Positions 8,920 through 17,798 of a stretch of 53,255 nucleotides of DNA are shown here, in pieces. Source of the stretch: Bacteroidia bacterium (GTDB taxonomy: Bacteria; Bacteroidota; Bacteroidia; 2-12-FULL-35-15). Each line of letters opens with the position of its first letter. Within the stretch, counting starts at the first letter, position 1. The translations under genes and the position numbers were made by a program. The notes beneath the pieces are model-generated. The model was not told the origin of the DNA, made no database searches, and was given only the letters and a program-made list of their open reading frames with translations. The stretch is taken from the NCBI GenBank assembly GCA_035439365.1, contig DAORKB010000003.1, forward strand, positions 1 to 53,255, in the 5' to 3' direction.

Positions 8920-9990
8920 TCACAGTAATGAATATTGTTTTTGTGACTGAAGATAAGCATCGATCAATCGGGGAACCGCATATTGACCCAATGTTTTCTC
9001 TGAAATAACAACAGCATCACCTGATGAAAACTGATTTAAGGGTGTTTCACAAGAAATTTCCCAAAAACGTGCATAAATTTTTTGATGACTTAGTATGTGT
9101 TTATATTCTTTAGAAACGCCAGTAATCGTATAAGAGGTTGAGCCAATAAATTTTTTCCAGTCCTTTGATTTTAGGAAAACATCCTCGGATAGTCGTTTTT
9201 CCGTTTCAATTAATGGAAAATCATACAAGTTGATCCAAATATCCTTTTCGGTTCGTTTTCTGACAATTGTTTTGCTTTTATGGCGCAGTACGATGTAGTT
9301 GAAATAACGATCACGCACTTTTGTCTTTTTTTCCTTCACCGGCAATTCACTTACACGCCCTGAAGAATAGGCAATACACATGGTATTGAGATTACAAGAA
9401 GCACAATTAGGATTAACCGGTTTGCATTGCAAGGCTCCGAATTCCATAATTGCCTGATTGTGCAATGCAGGTTTTTTAGGGTGAAGTACAGTATTGGCAA
9501 GATCCAGGAACTCTTTTTTACCTTTTGTAGAATCGATTGGGGTATCCAATCCAAAAACACGCGACAATACCCTGTAAACATTGCCATCAACAACAGGATG
9601 GGGTAAATCATAGGCAAAAGAGGCAATGGCTGCCGCTGTATAAGTTCCGATTCCTTTTAGAGCCAGAATATCTGTATGTGTGGCTGGAAATTGTCCCTTG
9701 TATTTATCTGCAATAAACTGAGCGGTTTCATGTAAGTTTCTGGCCCTGGAATAATAACCGAGACCTTGCCACAATTTCATTACTTTTTCATTTTTGGCCT
9801 TTGCGAGGTCCTGAACGGTTGGAAATTCTTTTGCAAATTTAAGATAATATGCCATTCCTTGATCCACACGGGTTTGTTGCAGAATAATCTCCGAAAGCCA
9901 AATAAAATAAGGGTTCCTTGTATTTCGCCAGGGTAAATCTCTTTTATGAATTGTATACCAGTCAATTAACGTATCAGAAAAGCGCGTCAT
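8920..9990 (-). CDS. mutY: A/G-specific adenine DNA glycosylase
   Basis: HhH-GPD motif (LKGIGTYTAAAIASFA), a 4Fe-4S Cys cluster (C-x6-C-x2-C-x5-C: CKPVNPNCASCNLNTMC) and a NUDIX-like C-terminal domain. Confidence 0.9.
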   Translation of the reverse strand: MTRFSDTLIDWYTIHKRDLPWRNTRNPYFIWLSEIILQQTRVDQGMAYYLKFAKEFPTVQDLAKAKNEKVMKLWQGLGYYSRARNLHETAQFIADKYKGQFPATHTDILALKGIGTYTAAAIASFAYDLPHPVVDGNVYRVLSRVFGLDTPIDSTKGKKEFLDLANTVLHPKKPALHNQAIMEFGALQCKPVNPNCASCNLNTMCIAYSSGRVSELPVKEKKTKVRDRYFNYIVLRHKSKTIVRKRTEKDIWINLYDFPLIETEKRLSEDVFLKSKDWKKFIGSTSYTITGVSKEYKHILSHQKIYARFWEISCETPLNQFSSGDAVVISEKTLGQYAVPRLIDAYLQSQKQYSLL

Positions 9991-10026
9991 TTATAATTGT
10001 GGAAGAAATTAATGTTAAAGTAAACT

Positions 10027-10034
10027 CAAAAATA
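10027..10034 (-). promoter_or_regulatory. Candidate -7 box (tatttttg on the minus strand) for mutY
   Basis: Exact TAnnTTTG, 36 nt upstream of the mutY ATG. Confidence 0.4.
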
Positions 10035-10066
10035 CGATTAAAATTTTTGTTTAAACATTTAAATAC

Positions 10067-10074
10067 TATCTTTG
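10067..10074 (+). promoter_or_regulatory. Candidate -7 box (tatctttg) for the HU gene
   Basis: Exact TAnnTTTG, 59 nt upstream of the 10134 ATG. Confidence 0.4.
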
Positions 10075-10133
10075 CAGCCCTAATTATGATTTTTGTTGAA
10101 ATTAATTGTTTGATTTTAAATAGTTTATAGCGT

Positions 10134-10436
10134 ATGACGAAGGCAGATATTATTAATGAGATTGCAGACAAAACGGGTATTGAAAAAGTAGCAGTGCAAG
10201 CCAGTGTTGAAGCATTTATGAAGTCAGTGAAAAACTCCATGGTAAATGGAGAGAATGTTTATTTACGTGGTTTTGGAAGCTTTATCGTAAAAAGACGTGC
10301 AGAAAAAACTGGTAGAAACATTTCTAAAAACACGACCATTATTATTCCTGCACACTATGTACCTGCTTTTAAGCCGGCTAAAACTTTTTCCGAGAAAGTG
10401 AAAAAGAACGTAAAAAAGGAAATTGCTGTAGCATAA
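10134..10436 (+). CDS. hup: HU/IHF-family DNA-binding protein
   Basis: 100 aa. The sequence LRGFGSFIVKRRAEKTGRNISKNTTIIIPAHYVPAFKPAK is the HU arm signature. Confidence 0.85.
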   Translation: MTKADIINEIADKTGIEKVAVQASVEAFMKSVKNSMVNGENVYLRGFGSFIVKRRAEKTGRNISKNTTIIIPAHYVPAFKPAKTFSEKVKKNVKKEIAVA

Positions 10437-10480
10437 TGCAAATTTAATCTGGAAAATATTGGGCTTTCCGGAAAGTACAA

Positions 10481-10524
10481 TTGTCAGTTCGAGCGAAGTC
10501 GATTGTCAGTTCGAGCAGAGTCGA
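10481..10524 (+). repeat. Tandem 2 x 22-bp repeat (ttgtcagttcgagcgaagtcga / ttgtcagttcgagcagagtcga)
   Basis: Two adjacent copies read directly from the sequence. A third copy in the same orientation is at 13231..13252. Confidence 0.85.
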
Positions 10525-10549
10525 GAACAAGTAATTTATAAATGTTGAG

Positions 10550-11386
10550 ATGAAACCTGTAACAAAAAAGCAAATAGCGGTTCTTGCAGGCTCATCTATT
10601 ATTGTCGTTCTTTTATTATTTGCAAACACCAAACTTCCTAAAAATAAGGAGGTTGCTAATCATTCGGAGCATGCTGGTCCATCATCTGAAACAAATGTGG
10701 TTGCCTTGATAACACAATCATTTGAAAGCTTAACAGCAAGTCAGAAATTGGATGTTCAGAAGCTGGAAAAGGCAGTGGAAGTTGCTGTCGACAAAAAAAC
10801 TGCTTTTGAACAGTTGATCAATATGTGTGACTCTTTGCGTCAACCGGTTGCAGCAGCTTACTACATGGAAAAAGCGGCTATTGCATCGCCTGTTGAAAAA
10901 AATTGGTCGGAAGCCGGAACTCGTTACTATATGGCCGTTCGCTTCACAAAACCAGAACAACATCCCATGCTTTATGCTAAAGCCATGGAATGTTTTGAAA
11001 AGGTGCTGGCACTGAACCCTGATAATTTGGAAACAAAGATCAGCTTAGGTTCGTGCTATGTAGAAGGAAGTTCAGAACCAATGAAAGGAATAGCCATGTT
11101 AAGAGAGGTTGAGAAAATCGATTCTAATAATGTTAACCTGCAAATGAGTTTTGCATTTTTTTCTGAGAAATCAGGACAATGGGATAAAGCAATTAAGCGG
11201 TTTGAAAAAGTATTGGAAATAAAACCTGATTTGATTGATGTGCACCTTCACTTAGCGGATGCATACCGGCAAATGGGAGATACCAAGAATGCAATAAAAA
11301 GCTTAGAAAAATACATGACGCTGGTTGATGACGTAGTCATTAAAGCAGAAATTCAGAATTATATAAATCAGTTAAAAAACTCTTAA
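10550..11386 (+). CDS. TPR-repeat protein with an N-terminal membrane anchor
   Basis: N-terminal hydrophobic segment followed by TPR-like helices (FEKVLALNPDNLE..., FEKVLEIKPDLID...). Confidence 0.6.
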   Translation: MKPVTKKQIAVLAGSSIIVVLLLFANTKLPKNKEVANHSEHAGPSSETNVVALITQSFESLTASQKLDVQKLEKAVEVAVDKKTAFEQLINMCDSLRQPVAAAYYMEKAAIASPVEKNWSEAGTRYYMAVRFTKPEQHPMLYAKAMECFEKVLALNPDNLETKISLGSCYVEGSSEPMKGIAMLREVEKIDSNNVNLQMSFAFFSEKSGQWDKAIKRFEKVLEIKPDLIDVHLHLADAYRQMGDTKNAIKSLEKYMTLVDDVVIKAEIQNYINQLKNS

Positions 11387-11398
11387 AATTTATTTACA

Positions 11399-11488
11399 AT
11401 GCCAAGCGGGAAAAAAAGAAAAAGACATAAAATGGCTACTCACAAACGTAAAAAACGTTTGAGAAAAAACAGACATAAGAAAAAATAA
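11399..11488 (+). CDS. 29-aa ultra-basic micro-protein MPSGKKRKRHKMATHKRKKRLRKNRHKKK, probably a ribosome-associated (bS22-like) peptide
   Basis: The ATG lies 12 nt after the TPR gene stop. 20 of 29 residues are K/R/H. A hairpin plus T-rich tract follows. It is below the 60-aa cutoff of the ORF track. Confidence 0.55.
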   Translation: MPSGKKRKRHKMATHKRKKRLRKNRHKKK

Positions 11489-11490
11489 AT

Positions 11491-11511
11491 TATTCGTTCA
11501 TTGAACGGATA
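11491..11511 (+). terminator. Hairpin plus U-rich tract after the micro-ORF
   Basis: tattcgttc/gaacggata stem (one G-U pair) with a 3-nt loop, followed by atttattgttgttt. Confidence 0.4.
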
Positions 11512-11554
11512 ATTTATTGTTGTTTATTACTCTCAATTATTGGGAGTTCTGTGT

Positions 11555-11576
11555 ATTCGCACACCTATGTGCGAAT
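11555..11576 (+). other. Perfect 9-bp hairpin in the rng leader (attcgcaca-ccta-tgtgcgaat)
   Basis: Read directly from the sequence. Followed by tctttt. About 50-100 nt upstream of the candidate rng starts. Confidence 0.5.
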
Positions 11577-11625
11577 TCTTTTCCGGTTTTCCGGTAAGCA
11601 CAATAATTTATTATAAAATACTTCA

Positions 11626-13230
11626 ATGGCTTCCTCTGGAAGGCTATTGGAGTTATTTACTCATCTAAAAAACTTTAGAGTGAACAGCGAATTAATAATT
11701 GATTCAACACCCTCCGAAGTTGTTATTGCATTATTAAATGATAAACGATTAGTAGAGCTAAATCGAGAAAAAAGCAACAACAACTTTTCAGTTGGCGATA
11801 TTTACATCGGACGCGTTAAAAAAGTAATGGCTGGATTAAACGCGGCATTTGTTGATGTAGGGTATGAAAAAGATGCGTTTTTGCATTACCAGGATTTAGG
11901 TGCGCAAGCCGCTTCATTTAATAAATATACCAAACTGGTTCAAACAGGTAAGCAAACAACCTCCAATTTGATGTATTTTAAATCGGAGCCTGATATTCAA
12001 AAAGAAGGAAAGATTGGAACTATTTTAAGTGCCAATCAACAAGTTCTGATACAAATTGCAAAGGAGCCAATCTCTACAAAAGGACCCCGTATTACCACCG
12101 AAATTTCATTAGCAGGACGTTATCTGGTTCTCATTCCTTTTGCAGATAAAATATCAGTATCTCAAAAAATTAAAACAACAGACGAGAAAAATCGCCTGAA
12201 ACAGCTTATTTCAAGCATCAAGCCCAAAAATTTTGGAGTAATTATCCGCACTGTTGCAGAAGGTAAAAGTGTTCCTGATTTAGAAGCAGATTTAACTGAT
12301 CTTATCAAAAAATGGGAACAATGTTATGACGCATTGAAAGTAGCACAACCACCTCAAAAGGTATTGGGCGAAATTGATCGTACCTCTGCCATTTTAAGAG
12401 ACTTGCTAAATGCCAGCTTTAACAGCATACATGTTAATGACCAAAAATTATTTGAAGAGATAAAAACCTACCTTCAAACCATTGCGCCTGACAAAGAAAA
12501 GATCGTTAAGCTTTACAAAGGAAGTGTACCTATTTTTGAAAACTTTGGAGTTGACAGGCAAATAAAAGCATTGTTTGGTAAAACAGTTACTATGAAAAGT
12601 GGCGGTTACTTGATTGTGGAGCATACAGAAGCATTGCACGTAATAGATGTTAACAGTGGTAACCGTTCAAAGTCGGATAATAATCAGGAAACAAATGCTT
12701 TTGATGTTAACCTGGAGGCTGCCGTGGAAGTTGCACGCCAACTGCGTTTAAGAGATATGGGCGGAATTATTGTTGTTGACTTTATTGACCTTCACTCTGC
12801 AGAAAATCGCAAACTTTTGTTTGAAAAGATGCGCGATGAAATGGCCAAGGATCGTGCAAAACACAATATATTACCTCCAAGCAAATTTGGATTGATTCAG
12901 ATTACTCGTCAGCGTGTACGCCCCGAAACAAATATTGTGACTGTTGAAAAATGTCCTGCATGTGGAGGTACTGGTGAAATTCAAGCAAGCATTTTATTGG
13001 TTGATCAAATCGAAAACAATTTACGCTATATTTTAAATGAGCAAAATGAGTCAGCTGTAACGCTTTGTGTACATCCGTATTTGGAAGCGTATTTAACAAA
13101 AGGAATCATTTCTCTTAGAAGAAAATGGAGTTTCCGGTATAAAAAGAGCATTAAAGTAAAACCAGTTGCTTCTTATCATTTCCTTGAATATCATTTCTAT
13201 AACAAAAAGGAAGACGAGATAAAAATATAA
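11626..13230 (+). CDS. rng: Ribonuclease E/G family protein (RNase G type)
   Basis: S1 domain (GDIYIGRVKKVMAGLNAAFVDVG), catalytic core (HVIDVNSG, GGIIVVDFID) and a Zn-link CPACGGTG. The real start may be the GTG at 11680 (VNSELIIDS...). Confidence 0.9.
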   Translation: MASSGRLLELFTHLKNFRVNSELIIDSTPSEVVIALLNDKRLVELNREKSNNNFSVGDIYIGRVKKVMAGLNAAFVDVGYEKDAFLHYQDLGAQAASFNKYTKLVQTGKQTTSNLMYFKSEPDIQKEGKIGTILSANQQVLIQIAKEPISTKGPRITTEISLAGRYLVLIPFADKISVSQKIKTTDEKNRLKQLISSIKPKNFGVIIRTVAEGKSVPDLEADLTDLIKKWEQCYDALKVAQPPQKVLGEIDRTSAILRDLLNASFNSIHVNDQKLFEEIKTYLQTIAPDKEKIVKLYKGSVPIFENFGVDRQIKALFGKTVTMKSGGYLIVEHTEALHVIDVNSGNRSKSDNNQETNAFDVNLEAAVEVARQLRLRDMGGIIVVDFIDLHSAENRKLLFEKMRDEMAKDRAKHNILPPSKFGLIQITRQRVRPETNIVTVEKCPACGGTGEIQASILLVDQIENNLRYILNEQNESAVTLCVHPYLEAYLTKGIISLRRKWSFRYKKSIKVKPVASYHFLEYHFYNKKEDEIKI

Positions 13231-13252
13231 TGTCAGTTCGAGCGGAGTCGAA
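13231..13252 (+). repeat. Third copy of the 22-bp repeat (tgtcagttcgagcggagtcgaa)
   Basis: Directly abuts the rng stop codon and has the same orientation as 10481..10524. Confidence 0.8.
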
Positions 13253-13257
13253 CAAAA

Positions 13258-13288
13258 AAAGCGCTTTGAATTTTCAAAGCGCTTTTTT
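13258..13288 (+). terminator. Rho-independent terminator of rng
   Basis: gcgctttgaa/ttcaaagcgc palindrome followed by tttttt, with an A-run upstream. Confidence 0.8.
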
Positions 13289-13747
13289 ATTAAATTAATT
13301 TGATGGCAAGTTGTATACTCCCAATACAACCTCCGTAAATTAATTTATATCGAAATATCTTTCTTCTACTCACTCTTTCCGGTTATTCTACATTTCAAAT
13401 AAAGATGATGCCAGGATAAAAAATGGCCCAATGGAGCCAATTTGCTGTGTTTTTAAAATGAGAGTAAAATGGAACTGTGGTGTTTTTTCCAAGAAAAGTA
13501 AAAAGCGATACCACAAATACAAATCGAAAATATCGTGATTAAATGAATAAATTTTTGGTAGAATGTCTGGCTCGATGTATATTTATTCACGTATTGATTA
13601 CGTGCTGAAGCAGCATGAGATTTCCGACCACAAAAAATTAAAGATTGCCATTTTAAATCAAGCTTAGCATTTATTTTTCTTAATCCTGGTATTAAATTTT
13701 TAAACTGTTTTTTTGAACGATCGAAACGTAGGTAATTCGAATCAAAA

Positions 13748-16700
13748 ATGGAGAAGATAAAAATTATTCTGGCATTTTGTTCAAGTGTTGTTATCCTAAT
13801 ATTGGTAGGTGTTTTTTTATATACAAGCACCGATCAGTATAGGAAAAATTACAATTGGGTAACCCATACGCAGGAAAATATTTCACTAGCGCAAAGCGCC
13901 TTATCCTATATGCAGGATATTGAAACTTCATCCAGAGGATATGCTATTACAGGGAAAGAAAATTTTTTAAAACCCTATTACAGAGCAATTGAAAACATTG
14001 ATGGTGTTTTTTTCAAACTAAAGTATAAAACAAAGGATAATCTTTCCCAATCAAACCTGGTAGATGCATTGCACCATTTGGCATATTTAAAAAAAGAGTT
14101 TGCAAAAAAAACGATTGTCACCCGGCAAAAAGGCGATTTTGAAGAAGCCAAACGCATAATATCCACAGGTGTTGGAGAAACCATCATGAGTGAAGCAAGG
14201 ATCAGGATATCTGAGTTTATTACAAATGAGCAACAATTGCTCAGGACACGTATCGAGGATACAAAACATAGTTTTGCAAGTTTACTAAAGGTTATCGCAA
14301 TCAGCGTTTTTATTTCCATCTTATCGATTGTCATCGCCTTGAAATTTTTTATAAGAGATTATGATAAACGTATCGACAGCGAGAGAAAAGTAATTGAAAG
14401 CGAATTGAAAATAAAGAATTTCCTGGAGGCCCTTCCTGTGGGCGTATATATTGTTGATAGTAGCGGAAAACCGGATTATTCAAATAAAAAAGCCATTGAA
14501 ATTTTAGGACATGGCATCTCTCCTGAACTTGAAAAAATGAATGTGGATGAAATTTACGTAGCATATAAAGCCGGTACGGATACACCTTACCCGATTGAAG
14601 AAATTCCGGTTTTGAGAGCCTTGCGTGGAGAAAAAAATATTCAAGTTGATGACATAGAGATTTCAAAAAATAATATTCGTTTGCCCTTACGCATAAATGC
14701 AAGTCCTATTATTGATACCAATGGAAAAATAAAATATGCAATTGCTGTTTTAGAGGACATAACAGAAATTAAGAAAAATGAACGCGCGCTTATACTTGCA
14801 AATACCGAATTGGAGACGATATTCCGGAACGCATCAACCGGAATCATATTGTTAGACTTAAAAGGAAAGATTGTTCAATGGAACCCTGAAGCAGAACGAA
14901 TTTTTGGCTGGACTGCTCAGGAAGTGATTGGAAAAATATTTCAGGAGGTAATATTACGAGAATCATTTATTAGAGATCAAAAAGAATCTATTCATTCGTT
15001 TTTTAAAACACAAGAAGACGGTATAAGTACAGGTATCAAAGAAATGCCGGCAAAAAGAAAGGATAACACTATGATTGATATTGGGTTGAATATTACACCC
15101 ACATTGATTAACGAAGAAAATTGTTATATTATTTTCGTGTTGGATATTACAGAAAATAAGAGGAATGTGGAGGCACTTAAAACCAATACGATGCAGTTAA
15201 TAGAAGCGCAACGTGTTGGAAATATCGGAAGTTGGGAGTGGGATCCGATCAATGGAAAAATGTATCGCTCGGATGAAATGTATCGAATTTTTGGTGTTTC
15301 AAAAGAGAATAGGGCAGAAGAATTCTATGCTCAACTAGTTCACCCCGACGACCGGGAATACATGGACAAGATCGTTGAAAACTGTTATAAGGACCACATG
15401 CCGTTTAATTTCTTTTTTAGAATCATCCGGCCAGATGGCGAAGAACGTGTATTAAATTCTAAAGGAAAAGTTGTTACAAATGGCAAAGGGGAAGTAACCC
15501 GACTTGTAGGCACGTCACAAGATGTAACCGACGCCAAAAGAGCAGAACAGGAGTTGATGAAAGCAAAACAAATTGCTGAGCAATCGCTGGTACTCAAAGA
15601 AACATTTCTGGCAAATATGAGCCATGAAATAAGAACACCAATGAATGCCATTATTGGTTTTACGGATATATTAATCAAACGGAATTTACAACCACAGGAA
15701 AAAGAATATGTTCAGATTATCAAAAACTCAGGAGAAAACCTGTTAAGAATCATCAATGATATTTTGGATATTTCTAAAATCGAAGCCGATATGATCGTTT
15801 TTGAAGAACATCCGGTAAGTATTAAAGAGATATTTAAATCCCTGCAAACAATGATGCAGCAAAAGGCAACTGAAAAGGGGTTAGAACTGATATATAAAGC
15901 GGAGGCAAATGTTCCTGATGTGCTTTTAGGAGATCCGACAAGGATAACACAGATATTACTTAACCTAACAGGTAATTCGATTAAATTTACAAAGACAGGG
16001 AAAGTAGAAGTTGCCGCAAGAGCATTACGTGATGAAAAAGAAAAAACGGTTTTACAATTTGCAGTAAGTGATACAGGAATTGGGATACCGGAAGATAAAC
16101 TGAACAGTATTTTTGAACGGTTTAAACAAGCAGAGGATCACACAACAAGAAATTACGGAGGAACGGGACTTGGATTGAGTATAGCAAAACAGTTGGTTGA
16201 ATTGCAAGGTGGACAGATGAGTATAACCAGTAAACTGAACCATGGTACACAAATTACTTTTACTTTACCATTGAAGAAAACTAAAAAAGTTTACCAAATA
16301 AAGCCGGTGGATGAGGAGCGTAAATTTGATCCGGAAGAATTAAAAAAATTAAAAATATTGCTTGCTGAGGATAACCCAATTAATGTGAAACTGGTTTTAA
16401 GTTTGTTTTCGGATTATGGTATTGAAGCTGATGTTGCCGAAAATGGGAAAGAAGCAGTGGAGCTGGTAAAAGGCAATTATTACGATCTGGTTTTGATGGA
16501 TATGGAAATGCCGGAAATGAATGGATATGAAGCAACAACAGTAATAAGAGAAGATTTAAAAAATAAGGTCCCTATTATTGCAATGACTGCCCATGCAATG
16601 GCAGGAGAAAGAGAGAAGTGTTTTAAGTTGGGAATGTATGATTACATTTCAAAACCAATAAATGCAAATTTGCTTTTTGAAAAAATATACAATGCAACAG

Positions 16701-17077
16701 AATTTGTTAAAATTTGGAATAGAAGTGCAAAAAAAGTGATTAATTTGGAATACCTCACCAACATAATGAGCGGAAAAAAAGAATTGATACGCGAAACAAT
16801 AGAGATATTTATAAAACAAGCGAATGAGGATTTGCCAATTATTAACGAAGCGATAGCAAAGGATGATTATTTAACCGTTAAACGTTTCGCACATCGAATG
16901 AAGTCTACCATTACCATGATGGGAATTAATTCACTCAGTCCGGTCTTAGAAGAAATGGAGATATTGGGAACTGAAAAGAATAATATGAAAAGAATAAAGG
17001 AATTAAACGAAAAGTTAAATTCAACTTATTTTCAGGCACTTGAAGAAATTAAAATTGAAAAATTAAAATATAATTAA
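13748..17077 (+). CDS. Hybrid sensor histidine kinase (CHASE3-TM-PAS x3-HisKA-HATPase-REC-HPt)
   Basis: CHASE3-like N-terminus (WVTHTQENISLAQSALSYMQDIETSSRGYAITG), H-box LANMSHEIRTPMNAIIGF, G-box GGTGLGLSIAKQLV, REC (ILLAEDNPIN...LVLMDMEMPEMNG) and HPt (FAHRMKSTITMMG). Confidence 0.9.
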   Translation: MEKIKIILAFCSSVVILILVGVFLYTSTDQYRKNYNWVTHTQENISLAQSALSYMQDIETSSRGYAITGKENFLKPYYRAIENIDGVFFKLKYKTKDNLSQSNLVDALHHLAYLKKEFAKKTIVTRQKGDFEEAKRIISTGVGETIMSEARIRISEFITNEQQLLRTRIEDTKHSFASLLKVIAISVFISILSIVIALKFFIRDYDKRIDSERKVIESELKIKNFLEALPVGVYIVDSSGKPDYSNKKAIEILGHGISPELEKMNVDEIYVAYKAGTDTPYPIEEIPVLRALRGEKNIQVDDIEISKNNIRLPLRINASPIIDTNGKIKYAIAVLEDITEIKKNERALILANTELETIFRNASTGIILLDLKGKIVQWNPEAERIFGWTAQEVIGKIFQEVILRESFIRDQKESIHSFFKTQEDGISTGIKEMPAKRKDNTMIDIGLNITPTLINEENCYIIFVLDITENKRNVEALKTNTMQLIEAQRVGNIGSWEWDPINGKMYRSDEMYRIFGVSKENRAEEFYAQLVHPDDREYMDKIVENCYKDHMPFNFFFRIIRPDGEERVLNSKGKVVTNGKGEVTRLVGTSQDVTDAKRAEQELMKAKQIAEQSLVLKETFLANMSHEIRTPMNAIIGFTDILIKRNLQPQEKEYVQIIKNSGENLLRIINDILDISKIEADMIVFEEHPVSIKEIFKSLQTMMQQKATEKGLELIYKAEANVPDVLLGDPTRITQILLNLTGNSIKFTKTGKVEVAARALRDEKEKTVLQFAVSDTGIGIPEDKLNSIFERFKQAEDHTTRNYGGTGLGLSIAKQLVELQGGQMSITSKLNHGTQITFTLPLKKTKKVYQIKPVDEERKFDPEELKKLKILLAEDNPINVKLVLSLFSDYGIEADVAENGKEAVELVKGNYYDLVLMDMEMPEMNGYEATTVIREDLKNKVPIIAMTAHAMAGEREKCFKLGMYDYISKPINANLLFEKIYNATEFVKIWNRSAKKVINLEYLTNIMSGKKELIRETIEIFIKQANEDLPIINEAIAKDDYLTVKRFAHRMKSTITMMGINSLSPVLEEMEILGTEKNNMKRIKELNEKLNSTYFQALEEIKIEKLKYN

Positions 17078-17104
17078 GTATTTTCACACTAAATATCAAC
17101 TCAT

Positions 17105-17524
17105 ATGAATTTTCTAAAGAAACTCATTAATCCATCGTCTGTAAAAACGAAGATTATTTTTATCGTTGAAGATAACCCAGCGTACGCAAAAACATTAGAG
17201 GCTTTTTTAAAAAATAAATTTCCAGATGTAAATGAAGTGAAAGTTTTCCCGGTAGGAGAAGTTTGTTTGATGGAATTGCACAGGAATCCAACTGTCATTG
17301 TAATTGATTATTTTTTAGATACGAAGTATGCTGATGCCGAAACAGGTTTAGAAATTATAAAGAAAATAAAAGCACAAAAGCCTCAAACAAATATTATCAT
17401 CTTAAGCTCTCAAAAAGGGTTGGACGTTACGCATGAAGCAATCAAAAAATATGATTGTAATTATGTAACAAAAGATGAAAAAGCATTTAACACAGTGGAG
17501 ACATTGATAAGAGAATTTTGGTAG
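17105..17524 (+). CDS. Stand-alone receiver-domain response regulator (no output domain)
   Basis: 139 aa with an IVEDN acidic pocket, a VIDYFLD phospho-acceptor context, and ILSS and K residues in the expected positions. Confidence 0.75.
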   Translation: MNFLKKLINPSSVKTKIIFIVEDNPAYAKTLEAFLKNKFPDVNEVKVFPVGEVCLMELHRNPTVIVIDYFLDTKYADAETGLEIIKKIKAQKPQTNIIILSSQKGLDVTHEAIKKYDCNYVTKDEKAFNTVETLIREFW

Positions 17525-17798
17525 GAACGATAATAGACGAGTCTTACTAACCCCTTGAATTCTTCGATAAACTCCAGTAATAAATGCATGGAATTAAAGC
17601 GAAGGCCCTTATTTAAAAAGTACCGCAAATTTCGTAAATTTATAATCTGTTTTACATTTTTAATCGTATGTAGAACGGAGTATACCTTTCTTTTTATAGT
17701 ATAAATAAGTGATTTTGTTTAGCGTAAAGAAGTTGGTGATTTTTAAAATGAAGAAGTAGCGCATACATTAGAGCGTTTATAATTATAAATTAAGGGTG

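Noticed and set aside
13453-13830. 125-aa minus-strand ORF upstream of the histidine kinase.
   Set aside because: Its only start codon lies inside the kinase coding region. It has no internal Met and no recognisable motif, so it is most likely spurious.
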